Assembly: GCF_963921235.1 (NCBI RefSeq)
Contig: NC_086097.1
Location: forward strand, 53,756,001 to 53,820,000
Direction of reading: 5' to 3'
DNA: 64,000 bases
From: Mobula hypostoma
Taxonomy: Eukaryota
In this document: one piece after another, positions 51,850-63,817 of the stretch
How positions within the stretch are numbered: position 1 is the first letter of the stretch
How the letters are laid out: the number at the start of each line of letters is the position of its first letter
The notes under the pieces: generated by a model
What the model saw: the letters and a program-made list of their open reading frames with translations, nothing else
Databases searched by the model: none
What the model was told of the DNA's origin: nothing
Program-made: the position numbers and the translations under genes

Positions 51850-52965
51850 CAGGGTAATCGGTCAGCATCTGACTACACTATTGAGCTTTTGACTTTGGCC
51901 CAAGGGAGTAGCTGGACCGGGGAGGCCTTGGCACTCTGTACCACCACGGACTCCGAGACAAACTAAAAGGAGAGCTGTCAGAGGACTTGGAGGCGCTGAT
52001 AGATCAGTCCGTTCACCTTGATAATCGCCTGGCGGAGAGAGAATGGGACTATGTCAAGAGGTCAGGGAGGGTTAGCCCAAGCCTGGTCACAATACATCAC
52101 AGTTCCACATCCCTACCTCAGATAATACCAGCTCAACTCCTGCTCAGGATCCTGCTGAGGCCATGCGAATCAGCTGCGCAAGGCTCCCCGTCTCTCCCCG
52201 TGAGAGCTCCTGGCATCGTCACTGAGGTTGCTGCTATTACTGCAGGGAAACAAGCCTCCTGCAGTTTGAATGTCCAAAGCTGCAGCCGTCGGGCGGGCGG
52301 TGATGGAAACAGCCACTACTCCCAACCCCATGAATCCAAGTTCTCGTAAGGTAAAAACTAATGAGAAGTGAATGCTCTTGTGGACTCCGGGACAGCTGGT
52401 TACTTCCTATTGGGGACTGCCAGTGATTCAACACACTTCTGCAGGAGGTGATCCAGCCCATGCCTGCAGCTGCCCTGGACAGCCGTCTGCTCGAGATTCT
52501 GCAGCAGACATCGGTTTGGTGGATGAGGATTGAGGATCAGGTGGAGGACATTAGTTTCTATTAGTTTTTATATCATCATCTCCTCACATAATGCAAGGAG
52601 AAATAGTCTAGGGCAAGGGACCAGCTTTGCAGCCCGGGCAACAGCTGTGGCTGTCTACTCAGGATCTGCCCCTCTGTTGGAGTCTAAGAAGTTAGCCCCC
52701 AAGTTCATCGGACCCTTCGAGATTGCCAAGGAAGTAAGCCAGTGGCTTGCACTTTACAGCTCCCCAAAACTGTTAAAATCAATCCCACTTTCCACATTTG
52801 CACAACAAAACCTATAAATACTCGTCCTTTAGCCCAACCACTATCAGTCCCACAGCCACCCAAGTTTGTGGATAGTGAACAGGTCTTCACTCTAAAAAAA
52901 GTTCTGGATTCATGAAATGTTTGGGGTGTTCAGCAGTTCCTCATGGACCGGGAAGGATTTGGACA
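51850..52965 (+). mobile_element. Highly deleted chromoviral (Sushi-like) Gypsy remnant
   Basis: gag QGNRSASDYTIE, LEALIDQSVHLDNRLAER, knuckle CCYYCRE, protease VNALVDSG, GPY/F KLAPKFIGPFEI, chromodomain-like VFTLKKVLDS..QQFLMDREGFG. No LTR seen. Confidence 0.8.
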
Positions 52966-55225
52966 ACTCTTTAAGTTTTAAGATAGCTATAGATGAGAAT
53001 AAGTATAGATCTTGCATACTCAAATTGGAGCTGGGCAAATTATGAGAGCATTAGGCAGGAACAAGGGAGAGATCATTGGGAACAGCTGTTTTTGGGCAAG
53101 TCCACATCTGACATGTGGAAGGTGTTTAAAGACAAACTGCACAGACTACAGGACAGGTATGCCCCAGTCAGAAGGAAGGACAAGAATGGCAGGATGTTGA
53201 GAGAAGTGATGAATTTAGTCAAGAAGAAAATAGAAAAATATTTAAAACATCAGAAGCTAGAATCAAACAGAGCTCTTGAGGATTACAAAGAAGCCAGAAA
53301 AGAACTGAAGAAGGGAATTAGGAAAGCCAGCAGGGACTGTGAAAAGTCCTTGGCAAATAGGATGAATGAGAATCCCAAGGCATTCGATAACCAGTTTCCC
53401 CTGGGATTAATAAAGTATGACTATGACTATATGCATCAGGAATTAGATTAGATTATGAGGACACGCAGTCCTCTTTCATTGTCATTTAGTAATGCATGGG
53501 AGGGTAACTAGGGAGGGGGTGGGACCATTCAGTGATAAAGAGGGGAACATCTGCTTGGATGTGGAAGATGTAGGTGAGGTGCTTAATGAGTACTTTGCAT
53601 CAGTATTTACCAAGGAGAATTGAGTGGAGTTTAGGGAGATCAGTGCTGAATGTACTAACATGGTAGCGCATTTAGAAGTAAAAGAAGAGATTCTGTTGGG
53701 TCTCTGAAAGAGTATTAAGTTGGACAAGTACCCAGGGCCTGATGGAATATACCCCAGGTTATTGAGAGAGCCAAAAGCAGAGATTGCAAGGGCCTTGATC
53801 AATAGGTTTGTGTCCTCTCTCACCACGTCAAGGTCCTGGAGGACAGGCAAGTTGTGAACGTTATTCCAGAAGGGAACCAGGGTTATTCCTGGAAATGACA
53901 GATGGGTGAGCCTCATATCAGTGGTAGGGAAGTTACTGGAGGGAATTCTTAGGGAGAGAATTTATGAGCATTTGGAGAACCATAGTCTAATTAGGGAGAG
54001 CCATCATGACTTTGTGTGGGGCAGGTCATGTCTCACTAATTTGACTGAATTTTTTGATGAAGTGTCACGGGTGATTGATGAAGGTAGAGCTGTGGGTGTT
54101 GTTTATATGGATTTTAGTAAGATATTTGACAAGGTCCTTCAGAGGAGGGTATTCCAGAAGATTAGGATGCAATGGATCCATGGTGAATTGGCCATTTGAA
54201 TTCAGAAATGACTTGCCCATGGAAGGCAGAGGGTAGTTGTTGAAAGGACTCATTTGAGCTGGAGGTCTGTGATTAGTGATGTTCTGGTGGGATCTGTAGT
54301 GAGACCTCTGCTGTTTGTCATGTATATAAATGACCTGGATGAAAATGTAGATGGCTGGGTTAGAAAGTTTGCAGACAACACAAAGATTGATGGTGTTGTG
54401 GATAGCAGAGAAGACTGGCAAAGAGCACAATGATATGTTGCAATAGATCAGTTGCAGATATGTGCAGAGAAATGGCAGATGGACAAATGATAAGGGTTGC
54501 ACCTTGGTAGGTCAAATGTAGAGAGACAGTACACCTTTAGGGTAAGACCCTTAACAGTGTTGATGAGCAGAGGGACCAAGTTCACAGCTCCCTGAAAGTG
54601 GCTGTGCAGGTTGATAGGGAGGTAAAGAAGACATGTAGCATGTTCACCTTTATTAGTCAAGGCACTGAGTTCAAAAGTCGGGCATACAGTTCTGGTCGCC
54701 CCATTATAGGAAGGATATTGAGGCTTTAGAGAGGGTGTTCAGAAGATGTTTAACAGGATGCTGCCAGGATTAGAGGACATGTGCTATGATAAGCGATTGG
54801 ACAAACTTGGGTTGTTTTCTCTAGAGTGGCAAAGGCTGAGGAGAGATCTGATAGAAGTTTGTAAGATTATGAGAGGCAGAGATAGAGTAGACAGACCATA
54901 TCTTTTTTTTCCCAAGGTTGAATTGGCTAATACCAGAGAACATACATTTAGGGTTGACAGGGGGTAATTTCAAAGGAGATGTGAGGGGCAAGTTTTTTTT
55001 TTACACAGAGAGTGGAGGGTGCCTGGAATGCACTGCCAGCAGTGGTGGTAGAGGCAGCTACATTAGGGACTTTTAAAAGATGTTTAGATGATCACATGAC
55101 TGTGAGGAAAATTAAAAGATATTGACTTTATGTTGGCAGAGGGGATTAATTAGGTTGCCTATCTGATTACTTATTTAATTGGATTTGCACAACATTGTGG
55201 GCCAAAAGGCTTTTTCCCATGCTCT
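52966..55225 (+). mobile_element. Degenerate CR1 LINE with two tail-only inserts at 53390-53498
   Basis: WSWANYESIRQE, SLISVVGKLLEGIL, VYMDFSKIFDKV, KFADNTK and 3' UTR ending ctctactgttcta. Confidence 0.88.
53443..53498 (-). mobile_element. Family X 3' stub (56 bp)
   Basis: ttagattagattatgaggacacgcagtcctctttcattgtcatttagtaatgcatg matches the tail end of 8880-8940. Confidence 0.85.
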
Positions 55226-55319
55226 ACTGTTCTAAATTGTACGTTAAATGGCTTCCATTAAACACAAAAACCCCTGATGTACTCTTTTGGACATATATTG
55301 AACCAGCCTTTCCTGAAAG

Positions 55320-55634
55320 AACCATTCTGCTAGAGGAACTCAACAGCCAAGCAGTGTCTGCAGAGGGAAAGGAACTGTCAATATTTTGGGTCTAAACTCT
55401 GGAACAGGACTAACTGTGGAAAGCAGAGACAGCCAGGAGAAAGAGGAAAGGGTGAATAGTGAGACAGATCACAAGGTAATTGGTGGATTGGGGAGGGGTA
55501 AAGGATCACAGCCAGGTCAGAGCAGTTAGGGGAGTGAAGGAGTGGATTTGGGAGGCAAGTGGTTGACAAAACATAGCTGGTGTGGTGTGGGCGGGGGAGA
55601 ATGACTGTAGATACTGAAAAATGGACTAGGGAAA
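55320..55634 (-). mobile_element. Old Penelope-like terminal remnant
   Basis: ctagaggaactcaacagcc..tctgcagagggaaaggaactgtcaatattttgggtc resembles the ends at 1410-1495 and 22860-22960. Confidence 0.55.
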
Positions 55635-58600
55635 CAGTGGCGGCACCAGAGATTTTTTCTTGCTGGTGCTACGGAGGGGCTGAATTATTCAGTGATGGTG
55701 CTGAGGGATGCACTGTATGGTAATACGTATTCGCAAGGCCAGACGCATGGCATTAAAAAGTCAGTTTCCAGCACTATGTGCCTGCTATAAGTGCCTCTGT
55801 TGATTCACAAGCAACAGCAATTGATAGATCTAATATAGAAGTGAACTGTTACAGTGTCAACAGCATCGGAGACAACCTGGGCTACACGGAGCATAAACAA
55901 AAAAAAACAAACAGAGATCCGAGCAAACAGCGCACAACGTGAATCATGCACCAATCCCGCAATCAGCGTCAAATGCGTGCTTTTCAACTGAAAAGCACAA
56001 CATAAACCCGCTGCTATTCGTATTACATAGACAGCAATGCCAAAAGATACACCATTATTAAAGTCAAATAAGGCAAACAACAGATGCAAGGCTTTACCAG
56101 GAGTTGGACAAATCATACTCTGACCATGCAATACCTCAATTAATTCGGCTATTGAATTTAAAACAAAAATCAACAGAATCACCGCTTGGAAGTCTAAGCA
56201 AAGCCAGTAGGCTTAATAGCAGTAAATGTAATATTCTAGGATTTGCAGGAAACATAAGGACTATGGGGTATCCACCACAGAATAATAATAATAATCAGCA
56301 TTAGTCTTGGCCCAAATTTTTAAAAAATCAACTGCACTACCATTAATATTTTCAGAGACGCACAATCCATCTGTTGTTGTGATTGGTGGTGAAAGCATCA
56401 ATGATTTTCTGGTTGTCAAGTACTTTGGTCCTCCGGCTGTTTATGGCCAACAGGGTCAAGTTGCTGTTCTGAGCATCGACGCTGCTATTCCTTAAGTAGT
56501 TTTTGACGTGTCTGAGGCAAGAGAAACTCCGTTAGCATGAGGCAGATGTCACAGGCAGAGTCAGTGATATGCACATTAGTTTGTATGAATCTATAAATGC
56601 ATCGCGGTACGGTCTCATTAGAGCTAGAAATTCCACTGTGTCATTCACTGTCTGTCCTCGCTTTTGTTTTGTTTCCAGCAGACTCCGAACCTGATGTAGC
56701 TCTGCAGTCAGTTTCACTTCAGTCACCCCATAGTATTGGGCCATTGGCCAAAGACAGTTCTTGTCTAGGAAGAACTTGTGTTTGGGACTCAATGCTGATA
56801 CTCCAGTCAGAACACTCCCAGTCTCAACTGAGAACTGTCTTTTCATTTCAGTCAGAAATCTGTCTATAACTGGATAGAAACAATGGTTGCGAAGGTCAAC
56901 AGAGGATGTGACAGGTGTGTGTTCAGTTTGGGCCTCAACAACAAAATCATGTAGGCAGCGGGGTGGCTGGGCCTGTCTCCTTTCATGTGGTCTGCTCTGT
57001 ATACCGGCCTTGACGCACAGGTCCCTAGCTCTTGTCTGAATTTCACTCCATAATTCCTCTCCCCGTTTTGCTAAAAGTGCATTGATAACAGACTGAGCCA
57101 AGTCCACAACAGATGAAAGCTCCAAACTGGGGGATTGTAGCTGGTCTGACCTGAACCTGGTGACTTGGAGTAATTCCTCAAACAGAGTGAGAAGTAAAGC
57201 AAACTGCTCGTCAATCAGTCCATTTACAGCTCTGGCCTCCGTTTTCCTCCGTGCATTTGGTTGACCCATAATATCCTGTAGTGTAGGTAGAATGGCAGGG
57301 AGTGATTTCCTTATAGCCCACAAAGCTGTATACTGCCATGCCCAGCGTGTATCTGACAATTTCTTCAACTCCACGGGCTGTGTAGTTAATTCCTGTTCTC
57401 TCTGTTTCTTCATGAAAAGATCGTGGGCAGCAGAGTTTGAAAAGAAATTGTAAAGCAGCTGCACAGTTTCAAGAAACTCACCCGCTTGTGGTACATTGCT
57501 CACAACATCCACTAAAACAAGGTTAAGTCTGTGAGCATGACAGTGTATATATAATGCCTGTGGGACCTCTTTCCTGAACCTCTCTTGTACCTTGTTATTG
57601 CACCCGGACATCACTGCTGCCCCGTCATAACACTGACCTATACACGCATTCTTATCAATAACACACTGGGCGAGTGTCTGTTCAATGCTTTTAAGAAGCG
57701 ACTCTGCGTCCAACCCTTCTGCTGGAGTGAAGTGCAAGAATTCTTCTAGCACTGTTTCGTTATTCAAATACCGCACCACCACTGATATTTGCTCCTTTTT
57801 ACTCAAGTCTTTACTTTCATCCACCATGTTGGCAAAATATCCAGCCTCCTTGATTTCTGCACTTATTTGACGTCTGACCATATCTGCCATAATACCCATA
57901 ATTTCATTTTGGACATCGTGATGGGTGTTTTTTTGCATTTCCAGGATTTTTTTAGCTACAGTCTTATCAAACTTCCCAATTACGCTGAGCAACTCAACAA
58001 AGTTTCCCCTATTGCCAGATCCATCATCCTCCCGGTGTCCTCGCTGGGCAATGCCTTGGCACGCAGTATAGCATAGAGACTCAACCACTGCTCTCATATA
58101 CTCACGATTTTCCTGGACAATCTTTGCATGTCCTTTGTCAAGCATACTTCCCAATCTTGAACCGTCTTGTTTTCTCAATCTGAATTCAGCCCAAGCCTCC
58201 ACAGCAAACTTATGAGCTGCATTTACATAGTGGGTTTTGAAAGCTGTTGCAGCTTTCCGCCAGTTGTGGTAACTGGTGACAGTGAAGGTAGACTCAGAAT
58301 GGAACCCATGTCCTCCACACAGGAAATGCCTGCATGCGAAGCAGAATGTAGCATCCTTTGTGATTGAATATTCCAGCCAGTACAGGCCAAACCAGCCACA
58401 AATACTCCTTTGCTGATTGCCAAACTGTTGCGAAGGGTACTTTTTCAATGCTGGCTGACAGGGTCCTTCCTCAGGCTGCTGGCTAACATCGCTAACAGTA
58501 TTCCCACTTGCACTAAGAGCAGCTTCATCCATTCTCTTCCGAATCCCGCTCCATTTCTTGTTCCTCTACTTCGCCCTCACACTCCTTCGATGAACTGCTG

Positions 58601-59158
58601 TCGTCCTCATCCCCACTTACTTCTTTCTGCATGTCACTTTCAATTAAGACAGACTCAGGCTGAGACACCACTGATTCCTCTGGATGAGGTCGTTTTCTGA
58701 CTAAAAATGGATCCATTTTCATGCCAGCCAAAATAATGCACGTGCCAGGCCCACGCTCGCTTGTAAAAGCATAATGTGCGCGTGTGTCATCCGTTAGTCT
58801 CGCGAGACCATGGATCTGCGCCTGGATATATACTATCAATCTCTCGTGTGAGTGAGAGTGAGTGACATCACCACCTTAAGTGATCTTAGAGAGGACAGCA
58901 ACGGCAAGACATTGACAACGAACGAATAAGCAGAAGTGTAGAGTGGATCTGACAGAGTTTATAACTTTATTGCTGCGTGAGTGCTATAGTAATTGGGGCC
59001 GCTGTTTCACTAGATCAACTGGAGAAACAAGCTGTATTTAAAACTATACAGAGAAAGCAAAGCAGCTGCAGTTAATTTCTTGGTGGTACTATGGTGGGGC
59101 TATTGCAATTTCTGCTGGGGCTATAGCCCCAGCTAGCACCACCTTAGCGCCGCCCCTG
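55635..59158 (-). mobile_element. Full-length hAT DNA transposon (Tip100/ZMYM1-like transposase), 3524 bp
   Basis: Imperfect TIRs CAGTGGCGGCACCA / CAGGGGCGGCGCTA; 8-bp TSD TAGGGAAA (55627-55634) / CAGGGAAA (59159-59166); internal transposase ORF. Confidence 0.93.
56352..58722 (-). pseudogene. hAT transposase, disrupted (TTF Zn finger, DUF4371-like core, hAT dimerisation domain)
   Basis: WLEYSITKDATFCFACRHF, MVDESKD, CYDGAAVMSG, YIHCHAHRLNL, LSDTRW, LPVTSASC*RSFS. N-terminus MKMDPFLVRKRP is in another frame (frameshift near 58530). The frame continues past the TAA to TGA at 56352. Confidence 0.9.
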
Positions 59159-60961
59159 CAGGGAAACCACGAGAATCCACAGGACCAGTACAAGGCAGTC
59201 TGGATAACAAGGTGGAAAATGTCATAGGCAGCTCCAACTCATGTTCAGGATTTCCACAGGGATTCCCAGTTTGCCCTATTGAAGTGCTGGCAGCAGGGCA
59301 GAAGATCTTTTCCAACTAATACAAAGGCACTTAACTTATTTCCCAGCTGTGTGATATTTCTCCATTATTACAATCACTGGGTCTTTAAAGCTTACCATTA
59401 AAAAATGATCAATATTTTTGGGTGAAGGGAGAAAGGACTTTCTGTGAAGAAAGCAAGGGTAGATTCTCATGGATCTTTTTGCTTACCTAGGTTGGACAAT
59501 ATTAATTTTCTCCAGTTACACAATGAATTTGAATTAGTGAAACAAAAGATAAGGAAGGTGAATCAGATTTCAAGTCAGCTTCACTGTACTAAACTTCCTT
59601 CACAAAACATATTAAACTCCCTTTTCAAAGTGAAGAGTTACTGCAGGCTCTCTAGCACATTACATTTGGTGAAGGGGATACAATTTAAAACATGTCATGA
59701 TTGAATTTAATATAAGCACATGTCCCATTTGGGTAAATGACAGATTCCAATTCAATATGTCAATGTTTTTGATGTGTTTTTAATCTATATGCTAAAAATA
59801 TGAAAATAATTGCTTTGAAGTTAAATCAGAGCTTAGGACAAAGTGGGTGAATACTATGTATAAAATGATACATTATTACTTTGATAGATCAATTTCATAA
59901 CAAAAAATCTGCAAGCCATTTACTATTAGTTTAGACTTTAGTATCAAATAATAATTAAAAAGTTCAAAGTTTACAAATGAAAATATCAGCAAGTGCAGAG
60001 CAAATTTACCAGATTGATACTATGACAAATTGATAGTAATTTTGAGGAGAGATTACATAAACTTGAGATCTAGCTCCTAAAATATTGGGTGAGGAGTGAT
60101 GCCACTGAGGTTTTCCAAGATCACTTGGCAGATCTTGTGCCCTTGTGAAATCATTTCTGTTGGGTTTCTCTGTTTATCTGCGAAAGTCATTACTGGCATT
60201 TACTTTAGCTGGCACAGTGCTTAAAGACACACAAAGTCAGTACAGATTGGGCCACACCCCATATGGTTGCTTATTCATATGGAAAAAGATCCCTTGGAAT
60301 TATTCATCTTCAAAAAGGTATCTGCTGATCTATAATGGTGTGTGCTGGCAGAAAACAAATCGTCACATTTCTCAAGTACTTCAATGACTGTAAAGTGCTT
60401 CAGGATATTGTGAATTATATAAACACCAATTCTTCTTTCTTAATACCAGAACTAGCTATGCCAGGTCTCCATTGCTAGGTTATTTGTGATGCTTCCTCTG
60501 CTTGCTACCATCATGGTAACGGGATTCAGTCACTAATAATGTCACACCGACAGCATGCAAATAACACGAGAGACTGAAAATAGCCAGACCCACCACCATG
60601 TAGACCTGTTTCAAATCCCAGGAAATATAGTGGCAATCCCAGCTAAATTGGTACTGAGTAATACCATCTTTACAAAGTTTATTGTTCAACTTTAACCAAT
60701 ATTAAGTCCTATGCAGTTATTCACAAGGCATGAAAGGTCTTTATGAGTAATTGGTTACTTGTCTTATATTGCACTTACGAAAATTTAACTTCAAACTCCA
60801 ATGTTAAGCTGTGGCAAACTCAATATTCTGCAACTTACTTAGAAATGAAATAGTTACTACAGAGGCTTACTGAACAGTCACTGATGTTTTATAAGTATAC
60901 CATTCTCTAACATTAGCATTTTTCAGTTTGATAATCACAACAAATTAAGTTAAAATAAAAA

Positions 60962-61592
60962 AACATAAGATATAGGAGCAGAATTAGGCCATTTGGCTCA
61001 TTGAGTCTGCTCTGCTATTTCATCATTGCTGACCCCATTTTCCTTTCAGCCCCAATCTCCTGCCTTCATTCCCACTCTTTACCCCCTGGCAATCAGCCAT
61101 CGCTTTATCCATGCTAGAACTTCCCTGTAATACCATAGGCTCGTAGCTTGCTAAGAAGCCTCATGTGTGGCACCTTGTCAAAATCCTTCTGAAAATCCAA
61201 GTACACAACATCAACCAATTCTCCTTTGCCTACCCTGCTTGTTATTTCTTCAAAGAATTCTAACAGATTTGTGGAGCAAGATTTTCCCTTCAGGAAACCA
61301 TGCTGGCTTTGGCCTATTTTATCATGTGCCTCTATGTACCCTGAAACCACATCCTTAACAATCAACTCCAACATCTTCCCAGCCACTGAGGTCAGACTAG
61401 CTGGCCCATGGTATTTTTTCTTCTGTCTCTCTCCCTTCTGGAAGAGCAGAGTGACTTTTGCAATTTTCCTTTCTTCCAGAACCATCCAAGAACCTAGTGA
61501 TTTTTGAAAGGTCATTACCAATGCCTCCATGACCCCTTCAGCCACCTCTTTCAGAACCCTGTGGTGTAGTCCATCTGGTCCAGGTGACATCT
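60962..61592 (-). mobile_element. CR1 fragment with internal deletion (RT joined to 3' end)
   Basis: SPGPDGLHHRVLKEVA..SQHGFLKGKSCSTNLLEFFEE..YLDFQKDFDKVPH joined at about 61070 to a CR1 3' UTR. Confidence 0.88.
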
Positions 61593-63804
61593 CATTAATA
61601 TATTAAATTATAAAGTAGCACATGAAATAATTTCTTCACTATTGGAAAGAGTGAAAGAAACAGAAAGAAAAACTGTTAAGATGAAGAAGATCAACTGAGC
61701 ACCCTTACAACTGAGTATAGGTTCCCTTTCTTCACAAATGAGCATAGGGTCGTGGTGTGAAATACAAGTGTGGAAACCTGGAATGCCTTCCCACTTTGAA
61801 ATTGAGTCTTAATATCCACTCTCACATCAGGTACAGCAGGAGTCAGTCGGAGAGTGAAAGATCACAGTACTCTTCCTTAACAACTTGACTATTATAAGCA
61901 CAGAAGAGTATCAAAGCTGCAAACTTGGAGCATTTGAATTTGAGATGACAGCCAGCCACTGCAAATTAAGATTTGCCTTCTTATGGCTAAGTTGTGTTTT
62001 TGAGTGATATTATCCTATGGATTCAAAGCACTGGATTGAAAGGTGGTTTCAATTTAAAGGTGGGCTGCACCCAGCACGTATTCTGACGATGTTGGTCGTT
62101 GACACAAGTGGTACATTTCACTGTATGTTTTGATATACATATGACAAATAAAACTAATCTTTCATCTTTTAATCTTTAATTGACCTGGCCCAAGTTCAAT
62201 TAAACTGAAGTACAAATGTCACTGTGCAACAACATTCTCAGCTTACCTACATTTGTACATAAGATGTGAATCAAAAGACAGCAATTGATCTGTCTTTTCA
62301 ACCTTTAAAAATGCAAAATGTTTTATGAAGTTTTTGGAGAAGGACTATTTTTCCTTCATTATATATCACTTTGTCATTTGGCCTTCTCATCTGCCTCTTT
62401 GCTGCATTCAAATTATTGAAAGTGATCCCAACAAACTCCAACTTTAATAAGTTTTGCCTCGTGGGATCAAAATTACACAGAATCTTTTTTCTGGAAACCA
62501 CTACTGCCATGCTATGTATTGTACTTTTAAGAATTTGGGAACAGAAGAACTGAGATATTTACATATGCTGCTTCCCCTCTTCTCCAATTTGCTTTCTCAT
62601 CCAGAAAAGATGAAAACACATGATTCACAGATCTCATCAGGCTTCCCAAATCTCTTCATAATAACTATTAATTCTCTGTGAGCTGCAAACACAAATGATA
62701 TCTTAATATCCTCAAACGTGAGATGGCTTGAGTAGGAATGAGGACTGGGAACTTGGATGTTTACTTTAAGTGTTCCAAGCCCAGAAATAACTGTTCATCT
62801 GATTCTCCCATATTGGTCCTGATAAGATAACTGACAATCCCAACCTCTACAGTTCACTTTATGTTGCTTGTCGAGTTATCTACATACTGTACTGTGTAAA
62901 GAAGTCTATCCTGTTTCCTATCAAATAACAATGATTTTGGAAGTTCAGATTTCCCAGTTCTGCAGTTCCTTAGTTCATTGCTTTAGTAGACCACAGACTG
63001 GCTAAATATCCCTGAATTACAGACCTTCAGAACTCAACTATAACAAAAATTATTTACACAATCTTCTTTCTAAAAATGTATGCAATGTTTTAAACCAGAA
63101 TACTCTGTGTAATTTCTTTCTGGCTTATGAATAATGCCTACATTAGTCCATTCCTGTGGCATTGTAAACAAGGGTTAAGGACAGGGAAAGTGTTGGAAAC
63201 ATCTCCAAAGCAGTGATGACATTAAACAGTAAATATTGGAAAACATATTGTCATGGAAATTAAACATGGATTGAGTAAGTTTTCTAACTTAAATACAACA
63301 AAATATGCATTAGTTTTTCCTCATTATTAAACCACAATGGGGGAGGGGAGAGCGTTCAACCCACAGAAAGCACGTCACCACTCACTGCCAAAGTTGAACA
63401 ATTGCCACTGGACATCGGAGCACAGCTGACCAAGCATTGGTGAATTGTAAATAAATTGTAAGAGCACTCAAATATGCAAATTTATGCTGTGCCAGTTGCC
63501 GGCAAATAACAAAATGAAGCAGAAATAGGCATCAAAATTAACTAAAAATCATTAATAGAGAAGTGGCAGTGGGGATTTTAATAAACTACCACAAGAGCAA
63601 ATGTCACAACACTAAGCAGCAAAGGAGAAGCAATAGCACTAAATGAATAAATGAGCAATGGAAAGTTGAAGTTAATTAGTTAATGGAACCTTTGGAAGCC
63701 AAATCAACAAATATTTATGTGGGTAGCTATGAATCTGAACCACAGTCTCAAGAACCTGAGCATTAATCACGATGATATTTGATCAAAAACAAAATTCTAC
63801 TTAC

Positions 63805-63817
63805 CAGATTAATAGAA
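63805..63817 (-). other. Candidate 13-nt microexon
   Basis: Minus strand ...tttttgcatgtttacAG|TTCTATTAATCTG|GTAAGT; about 120 nt upstream free of AG. Confidence 0.45.

Noticed and set aside
56532..58532. Host gene ZMYM1 or a domesticated transposase
   Set aside because: No MYM zinc fingers or introns. It is bounded by TIRs and an 8-bp TSD and carries a frameshift and a nonsense codon.
62240..62690. Exon-like or pseudogene-like minus-strand segments
   Set aside because: Splice-like sites are present, but the frames are interrupted by stops and no protein family is recognisable.
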